The notes: generated by a model from the letters alone, not told the origin. 64,000 nucleotides of DNA from Octopus sinensis (GCF_006345805.1 NW_021835959.1:112005-176004), one strand, 5' to 3'. Shown: positions 10,441 through 22,989, numbered from the stretch's first letter. Numbers and translations: made by a program.

Positions 10441-11399
10441 ATTAACCTTTTTGCCTCGCCTCGTAGAGCTTTTGTAATTTGTTAGCAGCAGTTGATTTCA
10501 AATGATCCGTTAAGGAGTAAGTTAGAGTCGCCAGATAAGCAATAGTTAACTGGTTTAACTATTTAAGAGATCTATATAGTATGTCGACCATCCTGTACAG
10601 ATTGGCGGAAATGATTTCCTCAATTCGTTAAATACTTTCGACAGTATTATCCAGGCTAAGTCTTATATTTTAGTTTATTATTAAACAAATTATAATAAAA
10701 TAAAACAAAAGCTTTCTTTAAAAAATCGGATTTTACAGTCACCATTTAGGCGAATTTCCAGCAGTTGACGAGTTCTGTCATCTGGTTCACAAAACGAAAT
10801 ATCGCTTCATAACCATTCCACTAAAGTACAGCAGTTGTAAATACGCAAACAATAATCAGTTTGCAGATTCTCAATTGCTTATGCCCGTATATACAAATCT
10901 GGAGACCGTTCAATTTATTTGATCTCACGTTATTCAATTTCATTTTATTTTAATTTAATTTTTAAGGCGTAAAAAAGAATAAAGCACAAACCGGGCTGAA
11001 AAAAAAAAAGATTCATGCTGAAACGAATAAGTGTTCCGTTGTTTATACAACTGATAACTACTACGAAGTGATTAACGATAGGAAGAGCTGAAAGTTCTAC
11101 TATTAACCACTTAACCGTAAATTAGGAGTGGAATATAATTTTAAGCAATTAGACAAACCGGGGCAATCTGTCACACAAAACAATGGCTGTAGTAAGATTT
11201 GAATTTAATCTGGTATTTTGGCTTCCCAAGATGTATAATTGAAGGAGTCTGCCTGTCTTTAATTTTACTTATTTATTTACTGATTTCTTGTTTTGTTTTT
11301 TTTCTTATATTTTTTTCTCAATTTTCTTAGTTTACTTTTGTATATTGTTCTTTTGCACTGAATCTACTTTATTTGTCAAGAAATCTACTTTATTAATAG

Positions 11400-13400
11400 G
11401 TACAATTTTAGAAGCTAAGAAGCTTTTTCAACTACTGAGACAAATGAGAGAATTAGTGGAGGATAACCCATTCGAAGAGTCAATGTTGCGATAGCACTTT
11501 TTCTCGCGCTTCCCTTCAAATATACTAGCCATTTTAACACTTATAAGTGGGTAGAGTTGGCTAACTTGGCGGATGGTATTATGGATATTTCCTCTTCAAA
11601 TACTTATTCCCCTATGTTTGTCTCTTCTATTTCCTCTAAGTTGGCGATATTTCGTAAGACAACAGAAAACAGCATTCAGGTTTTGACAGATAAGCTCAAA
11701 CACTTGCAATTCTCCAGATATTTTTACACGCTCGAATTCTCATAGCTGAAGGACTTCTAAAGGGCGTTCTTTCAGTCCTCGTAACAGACCTACGGTGTTT
11801 TGTTGGTATCATAATTGTTTTGGTTTTAATGCACATAAGTCTGTTCAACCATGTCCCTTTAAGTCAACGGTTCAACCACGGGAAAGCGGCATCATCACTA
11901 GGGATTAAGTGCGACTACATCCCTGAGTGACCTTTCGATATGTCGCAGGATTTTTTTTTTTTTCTTTTTTGACACCATTTTTAAGTGTCGAATCCTAATA
12001 GATATAGGAGCAGCTTGTATCATTTGGCCAGGGAAATTCATATGCGATTCATAGAGACCATCAACTAATACATTACAAGCTGTTAACCATCCTCCTATTT
12101 CCACTTACAATGAGACATCTATGACCTTGTATCTTAATTTGGAGAGTCAGTTCAAGTGGATCTTTACAAATGTGGATTTTCCATATTCTATTTTCTGTGC
12201 TGAATCTGGTAATGTTGGAGCTTATTCTTCTATGTTCGTCTCTTCTACTTCTTCTAAGTCGGCGATATTTCGTAAGAGCAGAAAGCAGCATTCAGGCTTT
12301 AACAGATACGCTCAAACACTTGCAATTCTCCAGATATTCTACACGTTCGAATTCTCGTGGCTGGAGTACTTCTCGAATGTGTTTGTAGTGAGTCAAGGAA
12401 ACCATATTTCGTTATCGCGGATTAGTGCATTTGTGCTTAGGCAACAGCAGCCGATCAGAGCTGGTGGTGTACCTATAAAATCAGCAGTCATAAGCCCTGC
12501 AAAGGGGTGTGCCTTTTTTGGCAGTAAGTTAGTAGAAGACTTTGATGTCACAACCGTAGAGGAACAGATCTACATGACCGTCAGCGAACAGATCCTACGG
12601 CCATCAGCGAACAACATTGCACAACCGTCAGCGAACAGATCTCCACAACCATCAGCAGATAGATCTTGACATTTCACGCCAGCTTTCGTGCCACCGGTTG
12701 TTGCCTGTCCGTTTTCTTACGTCCTTAGCACTGCAAACTTCTATCCTATTTGTGCAATTGTATGTTTTCATTGCTTCCCTCTGACTCCTACATATATACG
12801 CTCACTTTGCTCAGCACTTGTTAACACTTCCAAATAAATTAATATACCATCTGACATTTATTTCTACATACACTTATTTCCACGTCATACTGGGACATTG
12901 TTACATTCAAATACGCGACAACCAGCATCGTTACAAACATTTAAAATTATTAAATTGATGACAACTCTAAAACCGTTACACTGGTGAACAGTTTCTCTAC
13001 GAATTATTACACGGTCTTTCAGTCCGCGTAACAGATTTACGTTTTGATGTTAATGCACGTAAGTCTGTTCAACCATGTCCCTTCAAGTCGTCTGTTCAAC
13101 CGCGAGAAAACGGCATCGCCAGGGATTAAGTGCGACTGTATCCCTGAGTGACCTTTCGATATATCGCGGACATCATTTCAAAGCGTCGAACCTTGATAGA
13201 TGTAGGAGCAGCATGCAGCATTTGGCCAGGGACATTCTTATGCGATTCGCAGAGAACATCAGCTATTACATTATAAGCTGTTAACCATTCTCCTATTTCC
13301 ACTTACAATGAGATATCTATGACTTTGCATCTTAATTTGGAGTGTCAGTTCAAGTGGATACAATTGCGGGTTTTCCATATCCTCTTCTCCGACTCAGTCC
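11400..13400 (-). pseudogene. Rearranged, decayed copies of an ORF1-like unit
   Basis: 13040-13390 duplicates 11825-12185, and 11600-11750 duplicates 12225-12365. Translations KVIDVSL*VEIGGWLTA, SHKNVPGQMLHAAP and DLKGHG*TDLC resemble the ORF1 at 16 kb. Confidence 0.45.
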
Positions 13401-13914
13401 TGCATAATTTTGGTCTTCTTGTAAATTTTAGACACTGGCAATTGATAGATTTGGAAACAGTTTTGTCTGTACAGGATGTGTACAATAAAACTGTTACGGT
13501 CATTCCCCTTTTCTTTGCATCCGCTGACAAACTAAAATTAGGTATGGTGGAAGGAACCCGGTAAAGAATGTATAAAACAAAAGGCGGTAACTTTAACACT
13601 TTATTGTGGTCACACGCATATACACAATGGAATGATGAATAGAATGGTTGAACTTTTATAAATATATATATATATATCTACAGGCATCTGCGTGATTTGT
13701 ATGTAAGTTGTTAACCTTGGTGAGAAACTCACAAACAGCGATGTAGGAACCAGAGCAGATTTTTTTGTGCTGTGTAGACGTTGACGACGTTGGTGAGAGA
13801 CATCTGGTGTGGAGACGAAGATGGAGGTCGCTGCAAGGTGGTCAGTGGTTAGACATTAGAAACTCTAGAATCAACTGAGATTCTTTATTGTCTACTAGAG
13901 ATCAGACAAGTGAC

Positions 13915-15661
13915 TGGACTTCAATTTGTTCATCGTCTTGATAACTAACTATAGCGCATCATTCAATCTGCTGTTCATATTTTTGCCACTAAGTGCTGCC
14001 GGTGTGCCAAGCAATGAACAGTTAGTATCTGGTGGGAAATTTCACGCATTAGGAGAGATGAAAAACCTCTGTATCTTCCTATCATTGAAGGGGTTCTATC
14101 TGATGCACAGGCAAGAATATTACTGAGTAGGATACTATGTTCAAAAAGGAAAGACTTGAGAGTGTGAAAAATAGTTGGACCTTTTGAATCAAGCGACAAT
14201 TTCTCTGTGAACAGCATTTCCTCACAAGGTTGAAGGTCATCACTGAAATACCGAACTTATACCATCATCAAACATTGATTGTCCATAACAGTTGATTCAT
14301 CCATTTGTATAGAAAATTCAGAATGCCGGAGAATATTAATGAGCTGATGTTTGACACTGTTGGCCATTTCATCGATGCGTTAAGAAATTGTGTTATTATT
14401 AAGTGGGATCTTCTTCATGATGTTATCAGGTTTTTCGCGCATAACGGTTGACAAAACCTCTTTGATAACCAGGCGAAGTAATATTTCTCCAATTGTGTGA
14501 GACTTCCCAAACTTAGCAACAAGCAATGCAATGTTGTACGATGCAATCAACCCATCATTCTCCAGTTTACTAGTTTCCTGGAATAGCGTGCTGAATGTTT
14601 ATATTTGCTTTTTAAAGAGGAGCTCGGTCGCAAAAAGTATGATAAGGGCTTGTCCTTCTTATCAGAATGCTTTGCATCAAAGTGATACTTCAAGCGTGAA
14701 GGTTTCATTGCTTCGTTGGTCAATGTTTGATGGCAAAAAAGGCACATTGGTAACTGACAGTTCTGAGGAGAGGGAATAAATCCAAACGATAAATAATCAC
14801 TACTGTACTGGCGACAAATTTTCTTGACTTGAGGCATCAGTAAAGTGAAAATGTGAAAACAAATTTCTACAGACGGCGTCAGAAAGGCAGTATGGTTTTC
14901 CCAAAGAGAAGTCAACAGAGCAGAGCCAGATGACACGTCTTTACTAGAGCAAATACGGATCTAGTTCGTTTGGCTGTCAGCATTTCAAAAATTAAAGTTT
15001 ATTGAACATTTTAAAATTTGGCTCATTAATGTACCTTTCCAAGCTAAATTGCTGGAGTTATTCAACTTTTTCCAGAAAAATGTTTTTAAAAAGTTATAGA
15101 GGTTTAAAGTTTGATCATTTTCACCCAGTCAAGAAACACGATTTCAAAGCTGTCATTTTGTGCGCGACTGCACATTTTGTCAACATTTCGAAAAGAGCAC
15201 TTGTGTGTTTTGATATGAAACAGCAGAATTACGCACGATATATAACTTTTTAAATTTTTTGGAGTTTTCAGAAAATGTTTGCGAATTTGAATTCTATACG
15301 CGTGACTTCATACGATTATGCAAAAAAAAAATTGTGGAGTGTGATTTAAGGTTAGGCCTATTTGGGTGCTATTTTTAGCACACATGACAACCATCTCATT
15401 GACTGTGACAAAAATATTCGATCGGCAAACAAGTCTGCTTTTTTAATACAAAGTGATGTCTCATGCGAGTAGTCAAATCGATAAAAGCGCATCCTTATTC
15501 TAGACATGCCTAGATATCAGTGAAGGCAGACTTAATTTCTAAAAATTTGTCACCCATAAAATGTTCATACTGCCCACCATTTTCTAGAAATTCGTCCATC
15601 GCCCACCTGTAAGTTGAAATCGCCTACCGGTGGGCGATATCGCCCACTTTGGGAAGCTATG
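13915..15661 (-). mobile_element. hAT (Buster/Charlie group) transposon, decayed and 3'-truncated
   Basis: ATG at 14837: MPQVKKICRQYSSDYLSFGFIPSP...PMCLFCHQTLTNEAMKPSRLKYHF (BED finger); core ACASDRTPSMIGRYRGF...VHCLAHRQHLVAK; terminus CATAGCTTCCCAAAGTGGGCG at 15661 with flank GTCTATAT. Confidence 0.9.
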
Positions 15662-15699
15662 GTCTATATACTTTGGTACCTGACTGGTGTCCATTATTT

Positions 15700-16969
15700 T
15701 CTCCCAGTATTCAAAGTCTTCATTGTATTTAATTATTTTTGACATTTGATCCTGGGTTACCAGTACACAATTATAACGCCATGGTATCTCAATATAAGTT
15801 GCAATATTTACGGTTATTACGTCTTCCCGAGTGTCTATCTCATTGCAGAGTTCTGTATTTGTATCGTCGTATAATACTACGTATTTTCTTTTTTCACAAG
15901 CCGGGAGGAGGGAAGTGTTGGGGTTGTTGTGTGTGCCCGTTTTTCTCTGTGTCGGAGGGGAGTGGAGAGGTTTGGCGTCTGTAGGGGGGGCAAAGTGGGT
16001 GTAGGTGTGTGTTGGGTGGATGTGGGGTTGGGGTCTGCATCCACATGATGTACTTTTTCCTATTTTTTCTTTTTCTCTTTCTAACCGTTTCCCACTAATT
16101 CCGTTTTTTGTTTGCTTCTTCTTCCATAGTACTTGGGTTTTCTTTTGTTGTTGTTGGAGTTGCGACTTCCTCCCTGCTTACGGGTCTTTCTTGGGGCTTC
16201 TTGGGCGACAGAGGACAGCCCGTTCTAATGTGGCCTTTTAGGCCACACTTGTAGCAACGCGGGGTCCTGCCATCCACTCTGACCTTGATTCTCACGTCAT
16301 CTATACCGACAGCTTCTACTATATTTTCAATGTCTTCCGGGGACGCTTGGATAATCATATCCAGGGTCTGTCCTTGCCAATTCTTATGAGCTGTTCTTGT
16401 GGCCTGGAGGACCACTATATTACCTTCATTGCCTAGCAGTATGGCAGCTACTAGCCAAGCTACGTCAATCTCTGGTGGTATATCTTCTACCTTAACCCTG
16501 GAAGCACGTCTCCCAAGGTATATGAGTAGAAGCACCACTTCTGTTTTTAAGAGGGGTGCCGAGTGTAACCTGGCAGTAACTAGCTCTCGGAAACGCAACT
16601 CCACTGTTCCGTACTTCTTTCCTCTGGCAAGGTATGAAATGCCTTGCCAGATTGGTATCAGGGCTTTTTCTACTTGTGTGGTCGTCATTATTTCAATTTT
16701 CTTTATTTTCGTGGAGTACGTTCTCGGTATTATCGTTTTCTCTTTGGTATCTTTTATAATTTCTTGTGGGGAGAACACCTTTACTTCGCATCCCTCCCTA
16801 ACAGCATGTTCTTATGTTTGCTCAGCTCCGCCAGTTTGATGTTGTAGCTCTTGGCGACAGCCGCAAAATTTCTTTTCTTCAACTGCTCGTCCATTATTTC
16901 GACAGACTTCATTAGTTCCTCCTCGGAAGACGTAAGCTCCGAGGAGGTGAGGTTTTCGTATTCCATCAT
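15700..16969 (-). mobile_element. LINE ORF1 (gag-like, single CCHC knuckle), probably L1/Tx1-like; one frameshift and an internal stop
   Basis: ATG 16969, frameshift near 16790, IKVRVDGRTPRCYKCGLKGHIRTGCP (CCHC at 16215-16256), then TAG followed in frame by WETVRKRKRK and a Pro-rich linker. Confidence 0.75.
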
Positions 16970-18885
16970 TAATACTTGGGCTAACCCTCTTCTTCGAAGG
17001 GGGAAAGCGTCAACAGACTGCCGCAAGGCAGTAAAACAAGTGTAACAAAGTGTTTAAAAATCACGAAACAATTTTAACGATAAACGATAATACACACATA
17101 CGTCAATGCTGTGCAGAAAAAGAACAATTTGATAGATGGTCTAGAACCAACCGATGCCGAGCCTAGGAAGAGGTGAGCTTTTATAGCTGACAGGCAGGCT
17201 CAAATGCTTGTTTGGAACAGACTGTCTCACATGACTTATTTGAAGGCTGCGATTGGTTGGGTTGCATATTGGCGCACGATAGAGTGAGAGACAAATTGCA
17301 CCAGTATCAACCAATCGGAGTGGTAGACACAACGGTGTCCAAAACAGCGCCAAAGGTTAGCTGTTACCTGCAACGTTCGTATGTACTTAATATGAGAGAG
17401 GAAGCTCACTAGAGTTCGCCACACATACATATGAAGTTTCAATTTATCAAATATCACTCACAGGCTGTTGACTAAACTGAGATTGTGGTAGAAGACACTT
17501 GTTCAAAGTGTCATGCAGTGGGAATAAATGGTAAACAACATGGCTGCAAAGTGAGCTTCTTGAACTACACAGCGTGTTTTTGATGATATGTGTGCATACA
17601 TATACTGAACTATACATTCACACATACATAAACACATGCGCATGCACATACGCACAGACACAAATATATATATATATGTATGTAATCATATCAAAGGGAA
17701 ATGGAATTTAATTAAAATTAAAAACATTTAATCAAAATTTACATTTCCAGTGGTCTAACGTGTAAAAAAAATTAAGTCAAAAAGACTAAATTATGTGTTT
17801 AAATATACACTATATCGTATGTATGTATATGTATATATACATACATACATATATATATATATGTACACGCACACGCACGCACACACAGAGCCAACCAATA
17901 TTGTTTCTCGTACGAGTGGAAACTAGATGGTAATTTGCTAATAGAAACTTTAACCTGTTTCAAACTATTGTCATCAACTTACCATAGCTTCTTGCTTTTA
18001 AACTGCAACTTCTTTTTAATGATGTTTATTCGCCATAGAAATCTGTAAACTGCCTGTGGAAGGCTAAAATCTCTTTTCTGTTAATGAGCGAGCGCGCGCT
18101 GACTAATGGTTCCCTTGTTTATTTGCCTTTTGTTCGTAAGCCTTTTGCTATTACACTTCATAAGTTACACCCACCATTAGAGGAAGAGGAATAAACCGAA
18201 AGTGGAAGAATGATGGGGAGTAGATTACGTGGGTGGTACGTGGGTGAAGTGCAAAGCACTTCTCCTGAGATGTTATTTAATTTCTCTGCGTACTTATAGA
18301 TATATAATATTCTTGTATAACCAATTTCTAGAAACGTAAGTGTTTACATCCCACGTGTGTGTGAGTTGTATTTGAGTGTAAAAAAAATCCTTGTATGACA
18401 CAATATAATCATGCTGGGTGGTACATCTTCTGAGTGCCAGGCCGAACATGCCCCCCCCCCCCCAGTTTAAAAACCAACACATTCCTGGATGTTGCGCATT
18501 TGCTTAGCTGACATTTCCTCTCGTGCAAGCGCGTTCAGACCAGTCATTTAATCCCCCACTAGTTCCTTCTACGTCCATATTTTGCCAGCTGACATTTATT
18601 TACTTGAAGAGAAACTCTTTAGTTGGACATTGGGCCAGATTGATTTCACCATTCAAATTTGATGATGGTAGTGGTGGTGGTGGCGGCGGCGGCGGCGGTG
18701 GTGATGGTGGTGATGGTGGTCGTGGTGGTCGTGGTGGTCGTCGTCGTCGTCGTGGTCGTCGTGGTCGTCGTCGTGGAGTTGTGACGATCAGGAACATTGT
18801 TACACCTTCTTCGATTAACTTATAATAAAAAAAGCATGAATAAATAGGTGTAAGAGACACAGGATCAATATTTTAAAACAAATTA

Positions 18886-19288
18886 AGGCGGCGAGCTGGC
18901 AGAAACGTTAGCACGCCGGGCAAAATGCTTGGCGGTATTTCGTCAGCCGTTACGTTCTGAGTTCAAATTCCGCCGAGGTCGACTTTGCCATTCATCCTCT
19001 CGGGGTCGATAAATTAAATACCAGTTACGCCCTGGGGTCGATATAATCGACTTAATCCGTTTGTCTGTCCTTGTTTGTCCTCTCTGTGTTTAGCCCCTTG
19101 TGGGTAGTAAAGAAATAGGTATTTCGTCTGTCTTTACGTTCTGAGTTCAAATTCTGCCAAGGTCGACTTTGCCTTTCATCTTTTTAGAGTCAATAAATTA
19201 AATACCAGTTGCGTACTGGGGTCGACCTAACCGACTGGCCCCCACCCTCAAAATTTCGGGCCTTGTGCCTTGAGTAGAAAAGAATATT
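18886..19288 (+). mobile_element. SINE family B dimer (B followed by B2 variant)
   Basis: Full B unit joined at GGTATTTCGTCTG to a headless second unit with a different 3' tail. Confidence 0.85.
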
Positions 19289-19974
19289 TTTAAGTAAATT
19301 ATTCTGAATTCTTCAAACCGAGCCAACTGCAAAAGACCTAAAGACAGACCAAGTGTGAGATGACGGAATGATATCCGTCATCTCAGTTGGTCGTATTAAG
19401 GAATCTAGCAAGAAAATTTCATGATGGTTGCTTCTAATAGAGAAAGTATCTGAAGACTTTATTCCCACAACCCTTCTAGGAATAGTGGGTGGCAAAAATG
19501 GACAGATGAAATACCACTGTAGTATTTCATGTACTATATAAACACAAATTGGTGAAGTAGTAAGCGATGGTAAAGAACGGGGCAATATATCTTACATTAC
19601 TTAATAATATTGTTCCTGTGTTTGTAAGAACAAGATAAAGGAGGAAATTTATGAACATATTTCTTCCTTTTCTGTTCTTGCTACTCAACGCAGTGGTGAT
19701 TTTGTTGATCATTACAATTTGGAAGACTTCCACATCCTAATAGATAATGAAGACCAATTAATGAAATTGATGTTATTGGCAGAGACACACAACATGAAAT
19801 TGGGGATCTACCAAAACTAATGGGGAAAAGAGATTTCTGGTGTGATGTGGTGAAGTGTATCTCAGTTGTAGGTGCTTGATGAAGAATATCATTGTTCTGA
19901 AGAACTAAATTTATATTTCACTGGATTTCAATCTTTGCCGTTCATCTCTCCATATGTGTGTGTTTGTGTATCTC

Positions 19975-20330
19975 TTAAGGCTGTATCGTGCGCGGAGACA
20001 TAGAAATAATCGGACTGAATACCTGATCGCGCGGTTAAACCATTGGGAGTGAAGGACTCCTAGCCTTTGTTAGGGCATCCTTCTAGGAGAAGGTAACTCA
20101 GGTAACTGGGATAACTCAAACATAAAACCTGTGGCTCACTGGTTACCAATGATGTTGACTTGTTCTTCTTTTCTGATTATGGCTGCTGTTGCTTAGTGAG
20201 TGAGATTGACTCAGTGCACAGCCTTTCCTCACTTAAAAAAAATCTTCTTGCACAGGCATTGCATGATAACAACATTGATTAAGCTTCGTGCAATGGCCAT
20301 ACTCGATAACGAGGGAGCAGCTACCATGTA
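19975..20330 (+). mobile_element. Possible RTE-type LINE 5' leader fragment
   Basis: GGGCATCCTTCTAGGAGAAGGTAACTC resembles leader motifs I recall from RTE 5' UTRs; single copy in the window. Confidence 0.35.
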
Positions 20331-20419
20331 TGTATGTATGAATGTATGTATGTATGTATGTATGTATAGATATAATTAACAGTGTGTCCATCTACTTGTG
20401 TGTGTATTTGTATGAAGAT

Positions 20420-20760
20420 ATATATCTGCCAACATCACCTTGTTCTCTCCTTCTCTCTCTGTCTACACACATGCTGTTAACTGCAATATTCTCTCCCCTC
20501 CTCCCTACCCTTTCAGGCTTGATAATTACAAGTGATTAATCTGGCTATGATCTCTTTGTATTAAAGTATTTATTGACCCTCGTACACATTTTTGTTTCTC
20601 TTTCTCTTTTTGTTCTACTTTTGCTCTCTTTCTTATTCTCTTTCTCTCATTGTCTTGGATCCTGTTTCTTGCAATCTATCTCTATTCCTATGACACACTC
20701 GTCTTTTTTACAACTCTTTCACTTCTTTTCATAGGAGTTCTTCACATACCTATCCTTATA

Positions 20761-20820
<60 letters not shown>

Positions 20821-20989
20821 GTGGTCGTATACTGTCAACTCAATGTGACAGTCCCGTAAAGGAATTACACCAACGCCATTTAGCCCTAGGAAACATCGAT
20901 GTCTCCTGTCGGCTTTGACACATTTTCTGTGTCCTTATATTTGCAAAGAGGAGGCAATCACCCCCGCAAGCCGGGACAAGGCACCTGAA

Positions 20990-21026
<37 letters not shown>

Positions 21027-21300
21027 TAATAAAATTATCTTATTCTACATGTGAGAGGGGTTTCTTCCCCTTAAACTCCTGGATTCATTTCCTACATAAG
21101 TTGATGCTTTTTATTGATAACGCTTTTCTGTGTATTTATATATAAATGTAAATGTCTTCCTAAATAAAATTGCACTTCATGTTTGAAGCTCTGATGAGTG
21201 CATTGCATCTTATAACAGAAACAACAGTAAGCTAATGGGGATCATAACATAATTTCTTATTCCTTCGACATTGTAATTTCTTATTACTGCTCTTTAAGTG
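20420..21300 (+). mobile_element. Penelope-like remnant with decayed hammerhead at 21187-21233
   Basis: AGCT CTGATGA G...GAAA C AACA G TA AGCT: stem I and core intact, stem II broken; AT-rich tail follows. Confidence 0.5.
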
Positions 21301-21350
21301 TCTGAAGCTTTGATCACAAGTCTACTCAATTTAAGACTAACTTGCAACAA

Positions 21351-21381
<31 letters not shown>

Positions 21382-21754
21382 AGCAACAGAAAATGTGTAT
21401 CTAATGATGGGTCAGTGAAATAACCCCTATAGGGTTAGTCATTCTGCTAGAACAAGCAGACAATTCTCCCTCAAAATACACTCCCTTTTTTAAAAAGTTT
21501 TTCGCTGATTTTGCAGATTTTGCAGATTCCAGTGTCACCATCCATTTCTATTATTATGAATTTGAATCGAGAACTTGAGTCATAGAGAAGCTTTCATTGG
21601 CTGGTTACACAACCATGGATGCTGCCCTCTATGAATGTGTTCAGTTACCCTTTTGATCCAAACCCTTAATCTTCTAGGATTTCTCAGCTCAGCATCAATG
21701 TAAGAAGCACTATTGCTCAGTCAAGCTCTTCCACTACCTCTCCACAATCTTATT

Positions 21755-21975
21755 TCTTTCCTGCCCACATGGGACTAAACATAGAGGGGACAAACCAGGA
21801 CAGACAAAGGGATTTATTTGATCACATCGTTCCCAGTGAGTAACTGGTACTTAATTTATCGACCCCGAAAGGATGAAAGGCTAAGTCAACCTCGGCGGAA
21901 TTTGAACTCAGAACGTAAAGACAGACGAAATGCCACGAAGCATTTCACCCGGTGTGCTAACGTTTCTACCAGCTG
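21755..21975 (-). mobile_element. SINE family B
   Basis: Matches the other B copies. Confidence 0.85.
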
Positions 21976-22797
21976 CTACCTCATCACAATCTGCCATGCT
22001 GCAGTCCCATGACTTCACCATAGGGAGGCTGAATGGGTGTGGCACCTTGTCAAAGGGCAGTCTGTAACTATACTGAGACATGGTCATCTCTCCAAGAAGT
22101 ATTTTCAAAATATCCCTGCATACCCACCAATTATATCATGCTCTACTATCGTATACTTTACCAGTAATATAGAAATAGAAAAAAAAGTGCAATAATAGCA
22201 GAAATAATACAAGAAAGTGTAACATGAACAGCTGTTATTCATAACATTCTGAACAAAATTTAAGTGTCCTCATCAAATAACCACATGCTCTGTCAATTAT
22301 ATTCGTCAGTAAACCATCTTGTTAAACTATATAATTATTGTAACTGAATTTTTTACTTATTTATTTATTTACTATTTGTTTGCTTATTTATTATTTGTTT
22401 GTTTATTATTTATTTATTGTTCTTATTTAGCCATATAGTCTTTATTTTCCATTTCAAGTACCAATGTAAAAACTTCTTGGTGAGCAGGTAATTTTTTTCT
22501 TTTTTATGTCGCTGCTACTTAACCCCAGGTCAGCTCTGATTGATCAGGAAACCACTAATGAAAGTCATTCCAACTAAGACCATTTCCTCTTATTTTTAGA
22601 CATTGTGCACCTAAAAATTACAGTATTCAATATGGCTGCCTTTTGGGGGGGGGGGTTTTGAAGAAAAATTTGCAACTGTTTCTAGCCTGTCAAGCAACCC
22701 ATCCTTCCTAAAGAAGCTAAATTGTTGACTTGGATTATGTCAGCTTGTAAGTTTAAGTAACAATCACATGTGACCATGCAAATCAGTAAATGAGCCT

Positions 22798-22908
22798 CTA
22801 TGTATGTATGTATGTGTGTATGTATGTATGTATGTATGTATGTATGTATGTATGTATGTATGTATGTATGTATGCATGCATGCATGCATGCATGTATGTA
22901 TGTATGCA

Positions 22909-22939
<31 letters not shown>

Positions 22940-22943
22940 TGCA

Positions 22944-22974
<31 letters not shown>

Positions 22975-22980
22975 TGAATG
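22798..22980. repeat. (TATG)n microsatellite
   Basis: Read directly from the sequence. Confidence 0.95.
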
Positions 22981-22989
22981 TACCAAACC

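Noticed and set aside
8091-10508. Complete Merlin element bounded by GGATC (8091) and GATCC (10504-10508)
   Set aside because: TIR match is limited to ~6 bp and the flanks (AACTTCAC versus GTTAAGGA) give no TSD.
8508-11030. Inverted match ATTCGTTTCAGCATGA at ~8510 and ~11012
   Set aside because: Similarity does not extend beyond ~20 bp, so it does not define long TIRs.
18523-18860. Gly/Arg-rich and Pro-rich ORFs
   Set aside because: Compound (GGT/GGC/CGT)n microsatellite.
20860-20915. Hammerhead candidate GAAACATCGATGTC
   Set aside because: Palindromic stem III and GUC are present but there is no CUGANGA core upstream.
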